Positions 60,076 to 64,000 of a stretch of 64,000 nucleotides of DNA are shown in pieces; positions within the stretch are counted from its first letter, which is position 1, and each line of letters begins with the position of its first letter. A model generated the notes under the pieces. That model was given only the letters and a program-made list of their open reading frames with translations, had not been told where the DNA came from and searched no databases. The stretch is from Beijerinckiaceae bacterium (GTDB lineage Bacteria; Pseudomonadota; Alphaproteobacteria; Rhizobiales; Beijerinckiaceae). The stretch spans positions 2,018 to 66,017 of the forward strand of contig CANJNI010000022.1 of assembly GCA_947475995.1 (NCBI GenBank), given 5' to 3'. The position numbers were made by a program, and so were the translations under genes.

Positions 60076-61446
60076 ATGGATGACGTGAAATCTAAATCGG
60101 GCTGGCAGCCCGTCTCGACCCTGTCGCGTGAGGAAGTCATCGCGCGTTCCGAGGCTGTGCTGGCGCGTCCCGCCCGCAAGGTCGAGGATCGCGAGGACAT
60201 CTTCCGCATCAATGTGCTCGCGCTCGACTGGGACATTGGCGTGCGCGTCTACGAACCGCAGCCTGCGAGCGACATCACGCGCGGCGCGGACGGCAAGAAG
60301 GTCGGCATCTTCCTGCTGCACGGCGGCGCGGGCGACTACAAGTCCATGGAGCGTTTCGCGCTGCTGTTCGCGGAAAAGTTCGGCTTCAAGGTCGTCACCA
60401 TGACGTTCCCGGGCCGCCTTTATCTCGACGATCCGAGCCGCGACTGGCCGGGCGACACGATTAATTCTGACGGCGCCGTGCGCACGCCCATATGGCTTGC
60501 GGGCGAATATGTGACGCCCGATCAGTACGAACTCGTGCGCGATACGTCCAAGCGCATGAAATACGGCACGCGGACGTCGGCGCGCGCAAAGCCCGGCACA
60601 CGCTTTTATGACCGCATGTCGTCCTGGCCGATGGCCTTTGAGGAAGGCATGAAGGAAGCCTGCCGACGGCATTTCCCGGAAGGCGAGTTTTCGATCTATG
60701 TCCACGGTCATTCGACTGGCGGGCCATATGTTTCGATGCTGTCGCAGCGCGTTCCGAACATTGCCGGCGTGATCGCCATCGAGAACTCCACCTTCGGTTA
60801 TATCAACGAGCGCAAGCACCAGTGGGGCGGTCATGTCGGCCGCATCGAGGGTTACAAGCCCGTTGCGGAGAAAACCGCAGAAGCGTGGAAGGATCCTTTC
60901 AACGATCTCTACATTCGCACCTGGCGTGATCTGGCGCGCTATCGCGGCTCGGAGGCGCTGGGGCAGGAAGGCCCGAACGCCCTGATGCGCTTGCCCTGGC
61001 TGATGGAAGAAATTCTTGACGCCTGGGAGGTCGCCCGCAAGCGTCCGCAGTTCAAGGCTGAATATATGGTGACGCACAATATCGTCAGCGCGCTCGAACA
61101 GGCGGCGCGCGCTGCGGCCTTGCGTCTCAAGCTTTCGCCGGATGAAACCGAAAAGCTCGTCGCGCGCTACACGGGGCTGACGCGGGAAGTTAAAGGCGGC
61201 AAACCCGTGCCCCCCTTCCTGTTCGTGATCTCCAAGGACAGTCGCGATCACTCGCCGCAGGTCTACGAGGACGTCATCATCCCCATGTTCAACGCCATGA
61301 GTCCGACGCCGCGCACCGCCGTGACGCGCTTCATGGCAGGCGTTCACACCTATACGAAGCCGGAAGAGGGGCTGCCGTTCGGCATCGCGCCCGCCGCCGC
61401 GCAATATTATCACGATGCGATCGTGGGCGGCTTCTTCGCCGTCTGA
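60076..61446 (+). CDS. Uncharacterised alpha/beta-hydrolase, tandem paralog B
   Basis: LHGG, GHSTGG, ISKDSRD, MAGVH; collinear with paralog A. Confidence 0.7.
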   Translation: MDDVKSKSGWQPVSTLSREEVIARSEAVLARPARKVEDREDIFRINVLALDWDIGVRVYEPQPASDITRGADGKKVGIFLLHGGAGDYKSMERFALLFAEKFGFKVVTMTFPGRLYLDDPSRDWPGDTINSDGAVRTPIWLAGEYVTPDQYELVRDTSKRMKYGTRTSARAKPGTRFYDRMSSWPMAFEEGMKEACRRHFPEGEFSIYVHGHSTGGPYVSMLSQRVPNIAGVIAIENSTFGYINERKHQWGGHVGRIEGYKPVAEKTAEAWKDPFNDLYIRTWRDLARYRGSEALGQEGPNALMRLPWLMEEILDAWEVARKRPQFKAEYMVTHNIVSALEQAARAAALRLKLSPDETEKLVARYTGLTREVKGGKPVPPFLFVISKDSRDHSPQVYEDVIIPMFNAMSPTPRTAVTRFMAGVHTYTKPEEGLPFGIAPAAAQYYHDAIVGGFFAV

Positions 61447-61456
61447 GGAGGAACGA

Positions 61457-62311
61457 ATGGTGCGTCCGGTCACGCCGTATCCTGACGGCAAAATGATTTG
61501 CGCCACCTTCACGGTGGCGTTCGAGGCCTTCACGCGCGGCGGGCATTTCAAGAAAGCGAAAGGCCTCGAGGTCAATCTCGTGTCCCTGTCGCACGCCAAT
61601 TACGGCGGCAACGCAGGCATATGGCGCATTCTGGAAATCCTTCAGCGCAACGACGTCACCGCGACCATCGACGTCAACGGACTTGCGGTGCAGAAATGGC
61701 CCGAGGCCGTGAAGGCGCTGCACGAGCAGGGCAGCGAGATCACCGGCCACGGCACCACAAACGACATCAAGATGACGGATCTGAATCCCGAGCAGCAACG
61801 CAAGGAGATTCAGGAAGTCAGCCGCATCATCAGGGAAGTGACGGGCGTCGCGCCGCGCGGCTGGGTCAGTCCGGGCGGCCACCACACGCGCGAGACGCTG
61901 AGCATCCTGGCCGATGAAGGCTACATCTGGTGCGGCGACCAGTGCGACGACGATCTGCCTTATCTGGTCGAAGTCGAAGGCAAGAAGATGTGCGTCATTC
62001 CCAAGCACTGGTTCTACAATGACTGGCGTGCGTGGAACGGCGGCGCCAGCAATGGGGCCATGGCTTTTCAGGGCTTCAAGGACGGCTTCGATTTCGTCTA
62101 CGAGGAAGCGTTGCGCGGCAAGCCCGGACGCATTGATGCGCTTGTTCACGCCGAACTTGGCGGACGCCCCTATCAGGCGCATGCGTTCGAGAAGATGATC
62201 CGCTACACGAAGCAGTTCGCCGATCTGGTCTGGTTCCCCACACGCGCGGAACTCGCCGAACATATGCTGAAGAACTCGACCTATGTCGAAACCTACAAGC
62301 CTCTTGGTTAG
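61457..62311 (+). CDS. Polysaccharide deacetylase-fold protein, PuuE/allantoinase type, paralog B
   Basis: YPDGK, VAFE, SLSHANYGG, EITGHG, DDDLPY, VHAELGGRP. Confidence 0.8.
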   Translation: MVRPVTPYPDGKMICATFTVAFEAFTRGGHFKKAKGLEVNLVSLSHANYGGNAGIWRILEILQRNDVTATIDVNGLAVQKWPEAVKALHEQGSEITGHGTTNDIKMTDLNPEQQRKEIQEVSRIIREVTGVAPRGWVSPGGHHTRETLSILADEGYIWCGDQCDDDLPYLVEVEGKKMCVIPKHWFYNDWRAWNGGASNGAMAFQGFKDGFDFVYEEALRGKPGRIDALVHAELGGRPYQAHAFEKMIRYTKQFADLVWFPTRAELAEHMLKNSTYVETYKPLG

Positions 62312-62320
62312 GACGAAAAC

Positions 62321-63043
62321 ATGCCTGTTGCGCTTATTACCGGTGGTGGAAGCCTGATCTGCGAAGGCATCGCGATGACGCTCAGCGCGCGCGGCTGGCA
62401 TGTCGTGGTCACCGATATCAATCTCGACAATGCGAAACTCGTCGCGGGCAAATGCCAGGGGCCGGGCAGCGCCGAAGCCATCCACCTTGACGCGACGAAG
62501 CCGGAACAGATTGACGCTGTCGTCAAGGACATTCTGGCGCGTCATGGCGGCATTGACGGCCTCGTCAACGGCGCCGGCGGCGGGCGCGGCATCGGCTTTC
62601 CGCGCATGCCCTTCGTCGAGATGACGCACGATTACTGGACGCGCATGCTGGACGCCAACCTCAACAGCATGATCAACGTCACCCATGCGGTGCTGCCCTC
62701 GATGATCGAGCGGCGCAGCGGCTCCATCGTCAGCATCGCAGCAGGCAGGGGCCTGAAGGGCGGTCGCAACGCCGCGATCTATTCCGCCGCAAAGGCCGCC
62801 ATCATCGTCTTCGCGCAGTCCGTTGCGCAGGAAGTCGGCAAGCACAATGTGCGCGTCAACACGATCGCGCCGGGCAATGCGGAAGCTCGCTGGAAAAAGC
62901 CGGGCGATGAAGTTCGCTCGCCGCTTGGCCGCAACACCAGCCCGGAGGACGTCGGCAAGGGGGTCGCCTTCCTGCTGTCGGAGGACGCCAGTCACATTAC
63001 CGGCTCTTGCCTCGATATTTCGGGCGGCACGTCGCTGCATTAA
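62321..63043 (+). CDS. Short-chain dehydrogenase/reductase (atypical motifs)
   Basis: ALITGG, YSAAK, VRVNTIAPG, ITG..LDISGG. Confidence 0.88.
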   Translation: MPVALITGGGSLICEGIAMTLSARGWHVVVTDINLDNAKLVAGKCQGPGSAEAIHLDATKPEQIDAVVKDILARHGGIDGLVNGAGGGRGIGFPRMPFVEMTHDYWTRMLDANLNSMINVTHAVLPSMIERRSGSIVSIAAGRGLKGGRNAAIYSAAKAAIIVFAQSVAQEVGKHNVRVNTIAPGNAEARWKKPGDEVRSPLGRNTSPEDVGKGVAFLLSEDASHITGSCLDISGGTSLH

Positions 63044-63115
63044 TCAAGGCTTGCGCCCGGCCCCGTCCTGTGGCTCTTTTCGCCGCGATCCGGTCCAGCT
63101 TTTGAGGGGGAAACC

Positions 63116-63631
63116 ATGTCTGTCAGCCTGTATTCGATTTCCGCGCCTATTTTCGTACAGTTCCTGAATTCGATGTCGGGCGTTCTCGGCAAGGCGCAAG
63201 CCCATGCAGAGGCCAAGAAGATCGACATGAACTACCTCATGACGTCGCGGCTTGCCCCCGACATGTTCCCGCTCGTGCGTCAGGTGCGCGCCGTGACGGA
63301 TCATGCGGTCGGCGGCGTCGGCCGTCTGGCGGGCGTCGATCTGCCGACCTTCCCGGGCGAAGAGCAGACCCTTGCCGATTTGCAGAAGCGGATCGAGATC
63401 GCAGTGGCCTTCGTCAAGACCATCAAGCCGGAGCAGATGAACGGCTCGGGCGACAAGGAAATCGTCCTGAAGTTCCCCAGCGGCGAGCGCAAGTTTGTCG
63501 GCACCGGTTATCTGCTGAACTTCGCACTGCCGAACTTCTTTTTCCATCACACGACTGCTTACGACATCCTTCGTCACAACGGCGTGGAGCTCGGCAAGCG
63601 CGACTTCATGGGCACGCCGGTCACGCTCTGA
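63116..63631 (+). CDS. DUF1993 family protein
   Basis: RLAPDMFPL..QV, LPNFFFH.TTAY.ILRHNGVELGKRDF. Confidence 0.9.
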   Translation: MSVSLYSISAPIFVQFLNSMSGVLGKAQAHAEAKKIDMNYLMTSRLAPDMFPLVRQVRAVTDHAVGGVGRLAGVDLPTFPGEEQTLADLQKRIEIAVAFVKTIKPEQMNGSGDKEIVLKFPSGERKFVGTGYLLNFALPNFFFHHTTAYDILRHNGVELGKRDFMGTPVTL

Positions 63632-63644
63632 CCGGAACGTCGCG

Positions 63645-63673
63645 GCTTTGCGGGGCCGGCGGCCCCGCGAAGC
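63645..63673 (+). terminator. GC-rich hairpin after DUF1993 (possible terminator)
   Basis: gctttgcggggcc-ggc-ggccccgcgaagc; no long U tract. Confidence 0.45.
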
Positions 63674-63716
63674 AATCCAGACAACTGTTCACAGCAGATG
63701 TCGTAAAGGAAACGCC

Positions 63717-64000
63717 ATGTCGATCCTTTCCGGCTATCGGGTGCTCGACCTGTCCCGCGTCCGCTCCGGCCCGTCCTGCGTGCGCATGCTGTCTGACTGG
63801 GGCGCCGACGTCACTGCGGTCGAGCGCCATGCGGCCGATGGCGAAGATGACGCTTTCGGCTCGCGTCACAGCGCCGATTTTCAGAACCTGCATCGCAACA
63901 AACGCAGCATCGCGATCGACCTCAAGTCCGAAACCGGTCTCGAGATCTTCATGCGTCTCGTCGATCATGCCGACGTGGTGGTCGAAAACTTTCGCCCCGA
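63717..64000 (+). CDS. Family III CoA transferase (CaiB/BaiF), 5' part, runs off the window
   Basis: AAGGA RBS; MSILSGYRVLDLSRVRSGP...WGADV...HRNKRSIAIDLKS...VVVENFRP. Confidence 0.9.
   Translation, partial: MSILSGYRVLDLSRVRSGPSCVRMLSDWGADVTAVERHAADGEDDAFGSRHSADFQNLHRNKRSIAIDLKSETGLEIFMRLVDHADVVVENFRP

Noticed and set aside
53748-62311. Chitin, peptidoglycan or Nod-factor deacetylases
   Set aside because: No signal peptides, no TFDD or H-x-x-x-H motifs, and a small-molecule catabolic context
1-64000. Many long overlapping or antisense ORFs in the track (e.g. 685-2064, 3338-5098, 11844-13280, 13657-15396, 37211-38890, 58945-61599, 61331-63040)
   Set aside because: Shadow ORFs typical of high-GC DNA; they lie opposite or out of frame to recognisable genes and have no motifs
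1-64000. CRISPR arrays, IS elements, prophage, integrase, tRNA or rRNA
   Set aside because: No spaced direct repeats, terminal inverted repeats, mobility genes or RNA gene signatures recognised by eye

Overview
GC-rich alphaproteobacterial (Rhizobiales/Hyphomicrobiales-like) chromosomal window. No rRNA, tRNA, CRISPR array, integrase or transposase is visible. A conserved backbone is present: DUF6163-ldtR...L,D-transpeptidase-glyA-nrdR-ribD-ribE...ribH-nusB-thiL; fabD-fabG-acpP-fabF-mltG-yicC-gmk-asmA-like; NUDIX-phzF. It is flanked and interrupted by accessory catabolic blocks. (i) 1.3-7.3 kb: Rieske oxygenase, GlcG, TctC, amidohydrolase and an enolase-superfamily enzyme, with a frameshifted IclR regulator. 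(ii) 8.8-10.2 kb: a three-gene scnB-scnA-scnC-type (thiocyanate hydrolase-like, Co-type) cluster with a CSCYPR motif and a His-rich extension. (iii) 21.5-27.9 kb: cytochrome c, truncated haemoglobin and Usp with two FixK/FNR-type boxes. (iv) 42-64 kb: a large catabolic region. It holds two ADP-forming acyl-CoA ligases, a cysteine-less racemase-family protein, a degenerate CapA, a class II aldolase/decarboxylase, two PuuE-type amidohydrolase paralogs, an ABC importer, two tandem uncharacterised ~450-aa alpha/beta-hydrolases, an atypical SDR, DUF1993 and a CoA transferase. The 52.8-64 kb block is the best candidate for an undescribed pathway; N-heterocycle/amide catabolism is inferred, not shown. 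Three accessory genes carry single-base lesions: a G7 frameshift, an in-frame TGA at a CxxC cysteine, and an in-frame TAG followed directly by ATG. All family calls come from motif recognition in the sequence; no database search was run.
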